Assembly: GCA_964036045.1 (NCBI GenBank)
Contig: OZ038378.1
Coordinates: 200,012,001-200,076,000 of the forward strand
Source of the DNA: Eutreptiella sp. 'Long Island Sound 2002'
Lineage: Eukaryota; Protista; Euglenida
Reading direction: 5' to 3'
Length of the DNA: 64,000 nucleotides
Part shown: in pieces, positions 9,350 through 21,374 of the stretch
Layout of the letters: each line of letters opens with the position of its first letter
Numbering within the stretch: the first letter of the stretch is position 1
The notes under the pieces: generated by a model
Databases searched by the model: none
What the model saw: the letters and a program-made list of their open reading frames with translations, nothing else
What the model was told of the DNA's origin: nothing
Translations under genes and position numbers: made by a program

Positions 9350-10250
9350 ACCTAGGGATGGTGGGTGTATGCAGACGGACAGGACACCAATTTTGAAGGG
9401 GGAAGATAGGCCCCAGTCCAGATGAGTGTGAACTGTGACTACATAAGCAGGATTTCACTGGATTTTTTGGACACTGTGGGCCTGCACCTGCACCGCACAT
9501 ACCACCGCAATCTATGTGAGATATGCATGAAGTAGGGTCCAAAAGGTGCCAAGGAAATTTTTACTACATTGGGCCCTGCACGCCTGAAACACCTGAAACG
9601 CCTTTCCGCTGCTGCTCGTTTGTAGGTACTCATGCCTCAGGAGATGATGGACGGGGGCAAGTTGAAGGCAAAGCGGAGGAAGAAAGAGTTCGTCAGATTA
9701 GTGACCTACTCGGACTCAGAAAAACAGACGGACAAAGAGACGAGCCACAGGAATTCCACAGACGATGAACACCTGCAAGAAGCAAGATGGACGAGGAAGC
9801 GCCGTCGCATTTTGGCATCAAATCCCAGGGTCGCACCCCCTCTGATCCCACTGCTTAACACAGAGACACGCAGAATCCCGCCACATTCCAACCCTAACAA
9901 CAGCACAACATGGCACATCTTCATTGATGGTCTCTATCTCAAGGCTCATCATTACATTTCATGCCTTTGACGTTCCCAACACTGGCAGCCCCATGAAGGC
10001 AAGGGGGAATGCCACTTTCTCACACGAGTGTACTCAGATTTCGAGACTGGCTGACGAAATGCTTTCAATCAGCAGAGCTCATCATTTTTGGGGCTCCAGT
10101 TGAACAGATGCGCCAAATAAGGCCACACAAATCAACAAAAGGACACCAACCAAACAGAAGATACGTGTCTTCTGTTTTCAGGGCGACCCTTTACTTTTGC
10201 GTTTGGTTCGCACCTTTGAAGGGTGTTCTGATGAGCATTGGCGGCTGAGT
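9350..10250 (+). pseudogene. Highly decayed LINE 3' remnant (zf-RVT-like and RNase H-like traces)
   Basis: Frame-broken fragments: ECELx...FFGHC (about 9420-9480), TWHIFIDG (about 9905-9930) and QSAELIIFGAPVEQM (about 10067-10110), in LINE order. Confidence 0.25.
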
Positions 10251-10778
10251 TCAATGCTCTTGGATATGTCATGAGATCTGAATCGCACCATCGCAGCAGA
10301 ACTCTCGCAAACTCGCAATCCCTCTTATTGAACAGTTATCCCCTTTTGAGGGAAGAAGTGATCGGTTAGCCCTGACCTGACACTGGGGAGCGGCTAGTGA
10401 CCGCCATCGCTGCGGTGAGAAACGTCCAAAATCGCGAAATACCGGTCCGCAGTCACGAAAGTGAAGTGACTGCAGAGAAGTGCTCGGTGTCAACAGTCAT
10501 GCGGGCACTGACATGCGGGCACTGAGGGAAAATCCACACCTGACAACCCTCGAGTCACTGTTTGCGTTTGCACCCACAAATCATGCATTTGCATGCGTCC
10601 GCTGCTCTTGGGGCTGATATCCGCAAACTTGACGTGCACTCTGACGGTCCCATCCTTTGGACAGCTGGGATTCCCAGCTTGGCTTTCGAACAAGCATGCA
10701 CTTCAGCGGCACACAACCACCATCCCTCACCACCACACTCACAACCACCACCCTTACAGCACCCGTTTAAATTGCTGA

Positions 10779-11948
10779 ATGCCCCGCTCGCATTTGCAGC
10801 CCCCGCGGTCTACCGCATCCCGGGAAAGTGCCAAGGTGGCGGAACCGGATCAATTAGCCATCTGCGGTGCAATGCAGGGTGGCGGGCTTGTTGCATTACG
10901 TGTTGGTCGCGCTCCTCGTCCCAGCCCCTGTACTGTACAGGTCGCGCTGGATATCACTGCCCTTGAAGCCTCTCTACACTGGGACCGGGAGCCGGAGCGC
11001 TCGGAGGCATTAGAGGCAGCGTCGGAGCACCTCCAGAGTCAACAGATGGGGCGTGTCCACACGGATGCATCGCCTCCGGGGGATATCTGTCCAGTGTGGT
11101 CTCCTGTGATGAGCCCCGCATGCACAGACCGCTTCATCCGCAACCCGTGGCAATACTGTCTCCACCCGCACCCCGTCAATAGCGAAACTCCAGTGGGCAG
11201 CCCCAAATCGCCGTCCATCTGCCCCAAGTCGCCGGCGGTTAGCCCCGATGTGCTGGCGGTTAGCCCCGATGTGCTGGCGGGTAGCCCCAAGGTGCTGGCG
11301 GTTAGCCCCAATGTGCTGGCGGTTAGCCCCAATGTGCTGGCGGTTAGCCCTGATGTGCTGGCGGTTAGCCCCAATGTGCTGGCGGTTAGCCCCGATGTGC
11401 TGGCGAGTACGCCCGGGTGGGCGTCGATTGGCCCCAAGTCGCCGGCACACAACCGCAAATCTCCGTCGGCGAGGCCGCGTCGCGCGCGCTGCCCATCCAG
11501 ACCGCACCCCAACCCCGTCGGTGTGGCCACCCAAGCGCACGCACGGCAACGGCGGCGGGGCCCAGAACAGGGGGAGGTGGGCCCCTCCCGTGCAGACCCC
11601 AGGCCGCCGACCCCGGGGGCGGATCCGGATCCGCCCGAGTGGGTGACCCGGGCGCGGCAGCGAGGGCGGGATTACGTGTGGAACGCAGAACTGGGGCGAT
11701 GGGTGCTCCGCCTGAGGCCCACCTCGGAACAGTGGAACCCCGTCCTCCTCCCAAGGCCGGTCCCCGTTCCAACCCCCAGCCCCAGCCCCAGCCCTAGCCC
11801 CAGCCCCAGCCCCAGCCCCAGCCCTGGTCCAGGGCACCGGCAGAGCCCTTGGGGGTGTGCGACTGGGGCCCTGTGGTACGTGCCGGTGCCGCCTGAGCAG
11901 GCCCCGCAGTTTGCGTTTCGGCGGTATTTCGGCGCAGATTTGAGGTAA
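10779..11948 (+). CDS. Hypothetical Pro/Ser-rich protein or terminal exon with SPxVLAV repeats and a WW-like motif
   Basis: 389-codon ORF with a possible acceptor TGTACAG at 10940. Contains PPEWVTRARQRGRDYVWNAELGRW. Much of its length comes from in-frame repeats. Confidence 0.35.
   Translation: MPRSHLQPPRSTASRESAKVAEPDQLAICGAMQGGGLVALRVGRAPRPSPCTVQVALDITALEASLHWDREPERSEALEAASEHLQSQQMGRVHTDASPPGDICPVWSPVMSPACTDRFIRNPWQYCLHPHPVNSETPVGSPKSPSICPKSPAVSPDVLAVSPDVLAGSPKVLAVSPNVLAVSPNVLAVSPDVLAVSPNVLAVSPDVLASTPGWASIGPKSPAHNRKSPSARPRRARCPSRPHPNPVGVATQAHARQRRRGPEQGEVGPSRADPRPPTPGADPDPPEWVTRARQRGRDYVWNAELGRWVLRLRPTSEQWNPVLLPRPVPVPTPSPSPSPSPSPSPSPSPGPGHRQSPWGCATGALWYVPVPPEQAPQFAFRRYFGADLR
11241..11408. 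repeat. 21-bp minisatellite x8 (AGCCCCRATGTGCTGGCGGTT)
   Basis: Units start at 11241, 11262, 11283, 11304, 11325, 11346, 11367 and 11388. Confidence 0.95.
11775..11825. repeat. (CCCAGC)n hexamer repeat
   Basis: Directly visible in the sequence. Confidence 0.9.
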
Positions 11949-13459
11949 ACGGTCCCCCCACTGAGGCTCCGGGAGTCCGTACGTACTTTGAGGTGTCGCT
12001 TTTTGTGTTGTTTAGGTGCGCCATTTGTCCGGTGATGACTGGGTCGGGGCAGAGCCATCTGTCGTGGGAGGGCCTGTGGTAGGCAGGCCCTGGCGGTATT
12101 GGGCACCACAGATCATCCCCCTGTCGTGCGCTGTCGTCCTGCGACTGCAGGCGGGGCAGGCCCCCAGCGGCTGTCCTCTGAGGAGACGTTGGCGCGCCGG
12201 GCGCGCCAGGCAAAGTTCCAACGGTCACCATCCCACCTCCAACCGTTTGGGGGTATGTGTCTGTGAGGGGGGACTTTCTGACCTGGGACTTATTTTAGTG
12301 CCCAAGAGAGCAAGCAATGATTCCGAGAGAGTTACTATTGTCAGTACACTTCCTCGCCACCACTGCTTCCAATCATGCATGACTGACTTGTGCTTTTGCA
12401 ATTGTGAAAAAGGGCACCCCAAGACGGGGGTAAAGCATTGGGATAGATGAGATGGCCGGAACATTGGTTTGGATGCCGGGCGCACGCCGGGCAAATGCTC
12501 TCTCTCCAACGCGTACGTGGCCACAACACATGTGGAGTTTAGCCCTTGGAAAGGCAGCCATCAGGGCCGGATTGGAATCATGCAATTTCTGTGTGCAGAG
12601 GTGGCGGTGGTGGTCGCAACTCCACGCAAACTCCCCACAACTCTGCAGAACTCCGCACAACAGCCCCGCACAGCTCCGCAAACCTCCGCACAATGACTCT
12701 ACACTTTTCCGCACCATTCGCCACGCAAGTCCAGAGTACTCGCCTCCGCCTCAGAAAGCCAGCAACAAGTCTGGGGCGCAAAGGGTGCAACGGGACTTCC
12801 CCAGCCTGAGCGTAGTTCTGGATGCCATCGGGCGTTGTGACAATGATTAATGTGCGTGCCGCCCCTTCAGTGAAGGCCGCTGGTGGAGTTGGTGCCACCT
12901 GCTCAGCCCCCTCGACTGCTTGACGGTTTGTTTTTGCGTCTGCTCGATGAACAGTATGTCCTGCGTCGCAGGCATGCCTCATGGATCGATGGCGGCGGGA
13001 CATGGATCGGCATGTGTCCCGTGGCCCCAAGTTATGAGTGCTGCGCCCATTTTCTGGATGTACAATTTCCTCCCTTTTCCTTTGTCGTCCCTTGCTCTCG
13101 CCTTGAAAATTATGCCGCGTGCCAGCCTTCTTTCACGCCGGCTGGCGTGCTCCCACCGTCCTGTCTCGCCAGGTAGTGCCTCTTAACGGTTGGAATGCGC
13201 TACGTCCTACGCCATGTTGGCACCTCAGGGCTGCCGTGTTTCGCAGCCACAGCGACAGAGCCTCGTTCAAATTGCTGACCCTGGCGTCAGGCAAGGGATA
13301 GTCTGGAAAGGCACTGATGACAGGTGACAGCTATTTGGCCGATAGCACGGTGAGACAGCCTGGCGCAGTTGGCATTGATTGAATGCAGTGTGGAGCTGAT
13401 GACCATTGGGAGTTGAGTGGTAGCTGGGAATTGACTGATGGTACTGATGGCAGCCGGAC

Positions 13460-14720
13460 GCCAACTGACCGGCTGGGAATCAGCAAAGAACAGTATTGAG
13501 TCGTTTGACATTGAGTGGGTCACAACCCTGCTGCTGTGGTGATACGGTTGGCCATGGGCTGAACCATTGCAATACTCCTCCCCCAAATCAGCCTCCAGTT
13601 CCTTTGATGCGATTCTTTTGTATTCCAATTTTTTTTTATTTTCCGGACCCAGTCAGCGAAGCAGTGTTGAGAGTTTCAAGGGCTGTAAATAGTCGGACAC
13701 ACACAAATTGTTCATTGGCAATGCTGATGTGAAATCCCGTTGTCTCGAATGGCTCAATAAGGTTTGAACACAATTTGTATAAGCACAGTGCTTTGTATTC
13801 GGGCTCGCCCGACAGGCGCCCCACGCAGTCTGCAAGGGTAAGGAGGTCGTGCCCCGTTGCAGGCCCAGAAAAAGTCCTCCATTTGGTTTCTCTGATGTGT
13901 TGGAGCTGGCATGGGGGATAGGCATTATCATTCTTCACTATAGGCAAACCTCGCCTTCTTCCATTATTTGCCGTCAGCTTTTTTCCTTTTTCATTTGGTT
14001 GGCCTCCGCACCCGGCTTATTCGCATTCAGAAAAGGCAGTTGGAGATAGACTGCTGGCAGTCTCCATCAGGGTGAATGAAAAAGCAAACTCTCTGTTACT
14101 TTTTTTTCTATGAAAGTACTGACACTGCCCACCAAAGGGGTGGGTTTGGTGGATTCGGGAGAGCTTGGAGTACAAGCCCCGGTGAAGGCAATCTGCCAAA
14201 CCCCACGTACACTGCATATGGCTGTACAGAAGGGAGAGAGGGGTGGGGGGCAATGGCACTGTCCAATGTACATTTGCAGGACGCATTTTGCATCAAGTTT
14301 TTGGGCCGCGCATACCTCATCATCAATAGGCTCAGTGTGCCCTGCGTGCCCAGTGCTGCAGCCTCACTAAGTACACAAAGGAGACTTAGACGGCACCAAA
14401 CGATTTACGCATCCCCAACACAGCAATAACAACTCTGGAGCACTGCATGTTGTGTGCCTGCCGACTGCAGTGTGGTGCCGAAATGTGGAAATTGTATTTT
14501 TCATCAAACTCATGATCTTCTTTGGGAAGGGGGAGGCTCTGGGCCAAGGTAGCCCTCACCGCGTGGCACTCAAAGGGTATTGGGAAACAAGGACCCGCGC
14601 TGTGTAATGCTACGATTGCCCCACAAATTGATGTGGTAGTGGGCAGTGCAAGTCGTGACTTAAAAAGCCTCTTCTTGCAGCAGGATTTCTGTGTTTGTGT
14701 GGTCCTCACTCTTTGACATC
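13460..14720 (+). pseudogene. Decayed non-LTR retrotransposon (RT to zf-RVT region)
   Basis: Frame-broken motifs in LINE order: LGISKNSIESFDIEWV..LL..YGWP (KAFD-like), IPIFFYFPDP, LAWGIGII (YLG-like), EGWGAMALSNVHLQDAFCIKFLGR, and LWAKV...SLFLQQDFCV. Confidence 0.35.
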
Positions 14721-15189
14721 ACCGCAATGGCTCAGTGCACCTTCTAAATGGAGCAGTTGTAGCACATAGAGGAGACGAGAGGACACCTCGGCAAGTGGAA
14801 AAAGGAGCTGGCACTTGGGAGACACCCGTCAACCTTCACAGGGGGTGAGGTGTCACGGGAAGGTGAAAAATAATCAAAAGAACATTATTTGGGGGGCTCG
14901 TGTGAGCGTTGGAAAAAAAGATAGACAAAGTATATATATATGGCTGTTCGCAGCGGGGTGGGGGGTCTTCCTTACTACTGACTACTGACACATTTTTCAG
15001 AAATTGGTCGTTCGCGGAAACATGTTGCCTCGTAACCCAAGTATGTGATATCTTTTTGAACGGTACGTTTTAAGGGCTTATGTCGGAGAAATGCAGTCGT
15101 CTTTGGTCATGATTCCCAACCTGATAGGTGCAGCAAACAACACCAGACATGCGCTGGACCACATTTCTTTCAAATTTCAGACGCACATT

Positions 15190-15430
15190 GCAACGGCCAA
15201 TAGGGTGGATTGTGGTTGTCCTCAACTCAACAATATGTTGGCTACTAGGACTGACAGCCAGTTCAGACACTCCTGTGATACCTGGTGCAACCTGCAGCAC
15301 TAGGCTCAGCAGAAACTAGGAAAACAAAGTTCGCAGAATTACTCAAACATGTTGAGGAGTTGGGATGCAAAACCACAATATTTGGATTTAGCACATTAAA
15401 TTGCATCCATTTACCTACTTTCACTTTCCT
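15190..15430 (+). pseudogene. Restriction-like endonuclease (REL) remnant of an R2/NeSL/CRE-type retroelement
   Basis: QRPIGWIVVVLNSTICWLLGLTASSDT (RPD...E-like), then after a frameshift ETRKTKFAELLKHVEELGCKTTIFGF (K..KY..L-like). Confidence 0.3.
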
Positions 15431-15629
15431 GAAACGTCACAGTATGCTGGAGCACCCACAGCAACGCGGATGACCTACTGTCCAGCACAGACGAGCAAAC
15501 CCCTGCAAAACCTTTTTTTTGAGTGTTGGCGCGAGGGTCTTTTTTCTTATTGTCAACGCCAGGGTACCTGGGGGAAAAAACCACTCAATTTCATTTCCAT
15601 TCCCCCCTTTTGGGGGTTGCTCAGACGAG

Positions 15630-16030
15630 CAAGGGGGATATAGCCACTATGCCCACCTTTGGGCCCCCAAACGACAGGGGTTATGTAGCCACGGTGATTC
15701 CCACCCCCCTTTTTGGGGGGGGGGGGCGGGCTCCCCGAGATGGTAGGGATTATGAAGCCACTCTGCCCACATTTGGGCCCCTAAGATGGCAGGGGTCATG
15801 AAGCCACTTTGATTTCACCCCTAGGGGGGGGGGGTGCCAAGACGGCCAGGTTTATGTAGCCACTTTGTCCACATGCGCCCCCGCCCCCCGAGGCGGCATG
15901 GGTTAGGCGGCCACTTTTGAGGTCCTCGCCCGTGCTGGGTGTTGGGGACCCCCGGATGGCGAAGGTTATGCAGCCACAGCCACGTTGCCCACATGCGGGC
16001 CCCTGAGATGTTAAGCAGCCACTTTTGGTT
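15630..16030. repeat. Degenerate array of TTATG(T/A/C)AGCCAC(T)(T/C)TG-type motifs, about 7 copies
   Basis: AGCCAC-core motifs at about 15641, 15687, 15756, 15802, 15858, 15971 and 16017, often followed by CCCACA(T)...GGGCCCC. Confidence 0.65.
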
Positions 16031-16562
16031 TCCCACCCTATTCTCAACACACTCACACTGTGGGGCCTCGCCATGTCAGGCCTCAGATACACTTGATTGC
16101 AGGATTGTTCTTGGGCACTTTCACCGCATTGCATGCCAGTCTTGCCTGAGTTGCACACTCCAAAAGTCGAGCAAGAAAGAAATATGATGTGACCCTCGCA
16201 CAGATGCATCTGGAAGGTGTGTATGCAAGTGCCCTCCTGGTCAAGCGTCCAGCTGTGGTGACGCTGCAGACACATCTTGAATCACCTCGAAGAGAGGTCG
16301 TTAGATCAAGCGCAGGCGCAGGCGTCGTATACCCCCCTTTTGGGGGGTCATTCGCGTAGCATACCCCAAGGCATGATATTTGATGTCCAACCCCGTGTCA
16401 AATCATTATTTTGCCCAATAAGACAATCCCCCAATCCATTTTTTGATTCTGAGGCCTCTATCCCCTATAACTGGATATCACTTTTTTGAGGGGGGGATGG
16501 GAGGGGGTCAAAAGTTTGTGCTCAGAAGGCTCCAAGCAGTGGGGAGGTACAAAGCTGTGACA

Positions 16563-16635
16563 ACAAACCCCGGTCAAATGGTAACGCAGCTGACTGTAGA
16601 TTTTTAGGTTGGCGGTTCGAATCCGGGTTGGTGGA
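16563..16635 (+). tRNA. tRNA-Tyr(GTA)-derived pseudogene or SINE head
   Basis: A-box-like GGTCAAATGGTA, anticodon arm GACTGTAGAT, and perfect B box GGTTCGAATCC. The T-stem and acceptor stem pair poorly, so this is probably not a functional tRNA. Confidence 0.55.
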
Positions 16636-16739
16636 CAGTTCTCTGCGGTGCCGCCGCCATGTTCGCCCGACCGGACCAAATCTGCGGTCCACTGCATTCC
16701 CATTCGACCACTGCATGCCCTAAGAGACGCAGTCCTCCC

Positions 16740-16876
16740 CACTGCTTGGATCCGAGTCTGCCGCTGACAAAAAACCCAAAATGTGTTTCTATCGGACTGA
16801 CTGCTGGCCTGGCTAACTGACTGATTGGCTGACTGTCAGCCTCTCTTCGAGGTGCACTGCCAAAGGCAATAGAATT
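16740..16876 (+). repeat. About 137-bp dispersed repeat (inverted copy at 60914-61052)
   Basis: CACTGCTTGG...CTGACAAAAAACCCA...GACTGACTGCTGGCC...CCTCTCTTCGAGGTGCACTGCC..GGCAATAGAATT matches the reverse complement of 60914-61052. Confidence 0.9.
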
Positions 16877-16983
16877 TGCTGAGTGGCAGTGATTAAGAGT
16901 CGTTCATGCATCATAGTTTGTTTGTGCGAAGAAGTCGACACAACAATCATTCGCCCCAAAGCCCCACATTTTGGTATAGCAAT

Positions 16984-17387
16984 ATGTTCCGTTTGGCTAT
17001 TGTGGCGGCTCTTGTGCTACTGAGCTTGGTCAGCATTGACGCAGGCTGATGCGGAGTGAATTGGAAAGATGCATTCACGAAATGCTCCAACACCCTCTGT
17101 GTGGAAGTTGATGAGCCATGCCCGCATGGAGAGACATGCTTCTAGATCTTTTCCCCTGACCTATGCTTTCGCAATCGCTGCGGCATTACGTGGGAAGACG
17201 CCAACGCGAAGTGCAGTGGGACCCTGTGCAACCCGGATGACATGCCTTGCCCGGCTGGAGAGCAGTGATGGAAGGATGTTGAGATCTGTGGGAATGGTTG
17301 GGGTCAATCTGGTACGGACTAATCGACGCCAACAAGAACTGTGAGAACGAGAAGTGCGCCGGAAGGAAGGCCCCAACATTGTTCTAA
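16984..17387 (+). pseudogene. Secreted Cys-rich repeat protein pseudogene
   Basis: Signal peptide MFRLAIVAALVLLSLVSIDAG, then two repeats of CGxxWxDAxxKCSxTLCxxxDxPCPxGExC and a frameshifted third. In-frame stops TGA, TAG, TGA and TAA. Confidence 0.75.
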
Positions 17388-18279
17388 ATCTCCTTTTCCT
17401 CAGAAAAGATTGCTGACCTGGCAATAGTGGCTTTTGACCATCGGGCGCGGCGGGGCCCCTCCCCCACCGCGGGCATGGGACGGAGCGCGGCAGAGAGCCG
17501 CGGCAGCAAAAACATGACGCTTTCTTCCAAATGATTAGACAGCGTCAGAACACCCCCCGACCCGGCCGGAGGTGCCCGCTGGGTGTCCCGTAGGTAGGGT
17601 ACGTGGGGTATATTCGGAATTCCCTCAATAAGGGCCCGCCGGAGATGTATGCGGTAGGGGGGTGTCCAGAACTGTATTTTTTCCGAAATTGGCTGTCACC
17701 GTTGACAATTTGGGGTTTTTGCCTGTTTTGGTCAGGTTTCAAATATTCTTGCCCCCCCCCCCCCCCCACACTCCATCACCACGTGCGCTTTTGGGGGAGG
17801 TTGAGGCACCGCCTCCCCTATTTTTGGGGCGGGCAGTTCGGAAAAGAAGTTTCAGAGAACGTTGGGATAGTGGGTGATCTGTACGAGGGCAAAAACTATG
17901 AAAAAATGGGTATGACATGGTACGGCTCACATCACCAATTTTGTCCCTAAGTTGCCTACTTTTAGCAATCTGTGTAGGATGATGTCATGCCCTATTTTTC
18001 GCCCTTGCTAACCCCTTGCTGAGGCCCAAAACCCACCCCTATCCATACAAATACCTTCCACAACAGTTTTTTCTTTTTCGCTCCCCACCTTCAGATTAGG
18101 GGGGAGGGTGGCCTTACTTCCACACATTGAAGCAAAACTTGCCAAACTTCCCAAAAAGTGCCAAAACCCTCCGCGTTGCTGATCTGCTTCACTTGAAGAT
18201 CAAGGGCAACAGCAAGCACACATTACCCCCTGGCTTGTCCCAAGCACTGCAAAATGCCTGCGTGGTCACAGCAGCATTA

Positions 18280-18800
18280 GTGGTCAGGTGGGCTTTGGGG
18301 GTGGTCAGGAACTCAAATTTCATTGTTCCAGTTTTGTGTTGTGCCTGTTGGGGGAATGATGCGAAGGCTGCCCAGAGTCTACTGTGCTACGGTTTGGCAA
18401 GAGGAGGGAGCCGGGTTGACGCTCGTGCACCCATATTCGAACACCTTGCGGTCTTGCAGGTCTTGAACACATGAACGGGCCCTATTGTCGCCCCTTCCGT
18501 CTCCTTGATGCCCACTCCAGATGACAGGTGCCGCGCACCTGCGCATACCGCAGCAGACAGTTCACCGGACCTCCGAACCCCCGAGCACTGGGCGTTGATA
18601 TGGCGGGAGCTGCGGTTCGCCTACCAAATGTGCCTTTTGAAAAGCGCCGTGCTCACGGCGACACTCGGAGCCAATGCAGAGGTGGGGCTGGAGCGGTTTC
18701 ACTGCGCCTTTGCCCGGCTGTATTTCCGCCTCCTGACGTTTGGGTGGGCTGAAGACCAGTTCGCAGCGCAATTCCATCGTTTTTTGCAGGTCTGGCATAG
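18280..18800 (+). pseudogene. Possible Penelope-like RT motif B to thumb remnant
   Basis: RNSNF...WGNDAKAAQSLLCY (PMG-like), RVD, and LERFHCAFARLYFRLLTFGWAEDQFAAQFHRF (thumb-like). Confidence 0.25.
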
Positions 18801-21374
18801 AAGGATTACGGGTTGGGTGACCGGAAAATTGCAGTTGTAGAGGGGGAAGGACGTGTAAGCCCCTGACCGCTGGGAGGGCCCTTGACTGGAGATTTCAATG
18901 TACAACACACCCCTTGTGGATGTACAATGGGGGCGTACCGTGCGCTGTGCGCGCGCTGTGCGAAAAGTTGGCTGTTCTCCACCACCGGGAGTTCAGTAAG
19001 TTCAGAAGATTGAAAGGACGTCATTCAATGGCTGCTGCAGTGGACGGGGCTATAGGGGGCACAATTTAGGTACCTGGGACCCATGGCAAGCATCAGATGT
19101 TTGAATTTTTGAGTTTTGAATTGATTGTGCATGATTCCGCAGGTGCGTGGTTTTCAGGGTTTCCACCTGGATAATCACCGTAATAATTGGCGCTGTGCCC
19201 GCGCTGTGCCCGCGCTGTGCGAAAACGCCCCCAATAACCCCCTTTGTCGATGTACAATATCCCTCTTGACTGGAGTTGTTCACGCAATACACCCTCCCTT
19301 GGAAAGTTGACGTTCGGGACCCACAATTTGGCCCTCCTTCGAATTTCTTTTTGAACAGGAGGTTCTCCTCAAAAAGGAGATTCAATGGCCACTGGTTTTA
19401 AAACTAAGATCCTCAGAATTTTTACCGTTGGGTTACCCTGAATGGCTTGCCTGGGGCGGGTCCAACCAGCAAAACGCAGGGTGGCTTTTTCGGTACCCGC
19501 CCCCTTTTTTGGACCCTCCCAAAATAGCAACATTGGATGGCTTTTTGCTTTTTGTATTTTTTGTCGTGTTTCACGGTTTTCATCGTGTTTGATCCCAAAT
19601 AGCTTTCTAAATGGCCTCTTTGGGAGGTGGGAAAAGGGTTTGCGGTGCGTGTGGGGATTGGAATGGGTATGGGTATGGGCTGAACCCTTTTGCCAGGCCA
19701 CCTCAACGCCAGGCCACGCTGGGCGCATGCTTGGAGGATCCTGGTTGCCTCTTCGGGTTCTCGAGGCCTGTGGGGTGGTGCCACTGCCGCCTTCGTAATA
19801 GAGGGCAGAATACCCCAATGGGAGATGTCTGTTTGGAGCATTGCCTGATGTAGTGTGGCACAGTCCTTGATGGCTGGTAGAGTTTGTCATGTGTTTACGC
19901 AGGCGAACGACTAGTGCTGAGGTTGTTGATTCTATGTACACCAGGTGCAGGTGGATGTGGAAGACGAGGTATATGATGGAATAGGAGGTGGGACTGCAAT
20001 GTGCCAGGTGTGAACATGACTCATTTTTAGGGCAAGGTGGGTGCTGTAGGGTAGAAATTGCATGCATGGTTGGAGGAGCGATGCCCATGCCCCCAAGTTT
20101 TGGTCCTCTGGGGTGTGCAAAATTTGTACAGTGAGGCCTCAAAGGATCAAGGAAGCATACACGGGGGGTTGGTATCGAAGGGAACTGGCAAGCGAAAGTG
20201 GAGTCGCTGTATTTGCAATGTGGTACATAATTCTAGGCTCACATGAGTGGTCAAGAGGTGTACAGGGGTATGGCGGTCATACCAAGCTACTGATTGGAGG
20301 TGTGGCCAGTGTCTGAGTATGATTGGGATCTCGTGTAATGGGGCCTACATTCACACGTGTTGCAGAGGCCAGGCAATCGGATGGGAGCACGAAATTGGTG
20401 GTCCCCAGCAGGTCGCACCTGGGAAAGCCACTGTGGTCACTAGATTTCACCTCTCTCTGCCTCTACGCGTCACATTACTGAAGACACAGGTCGTATGTAC
20501 TGTCTTACAACAGAAGGAAGCTACTTCCCTGAGAGCAAACCGTTTGGTCCCTGAAAGACATGGCCCAGCTCGCCTTGAGCACTGACGGGGGGGGGGGTCC
20601 ACAGGAGAGCGCCTCGCTGGAGAGTCTTGTTTGAAAGGTAATCATCGGTTGCCGACCACAAGGGTATGGCTGCACAGTCACTTTGGTCTGCCTTTTCACA
20701 CACTGTTGCTGAATTTGTTGAATCCCCCTCCCCCCCCCCAGGATCCTTTAATCAGGGACACACAAGCATTGTGCATGCACTTTGCATCTTCTTCCTGTCG
20801 TATGTACCTTTGCAGTGCAATGCCTCGGTTCGCTGTGCTGGTGTGTGGGCCTGCTGCCCAATGAACTGCACAGCAACGTTTTGTTGGTGTTTCTGTGTTT
20901 TATGTTCTTCAATCCATCACGTTTGTTTGCATCTTTTTGTTTCTTTGTTTATTTGTTCTCTTTCAAGTCTAGGAATCAGGTCAAAGCATTCCCAATTTTG
21001 TGTGGGAAGTCACATTCCAGAGTGTCCACAGCCACGATGAGGCCTTGCCTTACTCCAGGATTCAACAGATCGAGTTTTCTTTGCCCATACATCGAACGCT
21101 TGATACTTTTTTGATCCCCCCCCCCTATCCCTTGCACAAACCACGCTCTGATCAATCCACGCGCTCTCCGATTCCTGCAAGTTTTTGGGACTGTAAATCA
21201 CGGTTCTATATTTTTTGTATTGTTGCACCTCATGCGGCTTGGGCAAGCCGCCGTAACGCATTTCTCTGGAGATTTCAGCCGCACGTGATGTTCTAGCAAA
21301 TAGGTTCAACTAGTAGGCCTGCTCAACAAAAAGGTGATGCGCTATCATGCTGCACTCTGGCCGCCTTCTCCCAG

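Noticed and set aside
10228-10260. CTGATGAG plus hairpin resembling a hammerhead ribozyme
   Set aside because: Stem II is not followed by GAAA, so the catalytic core is incomplete. No convincing hammerhead was seen near the Penelope-like element either.
17046-17270. Selenocysteine readthrough of TGA codons in the Cys-rich gene
   Set aside because: The same frame also has TAG and TAA stops and a frameshift, so pseudogenisation is the simpler explanation.
20160-20170. CACGGGGGG matching the hAT TIR
   Set aside because: It is not followed by CG, and no partner TIR or TSD was found; probably chance.
19780-20250. Possible zf-RVT remnant (GVCKICTV...)
   Set aside because: Only one weak motif; not enough support to call a feature.
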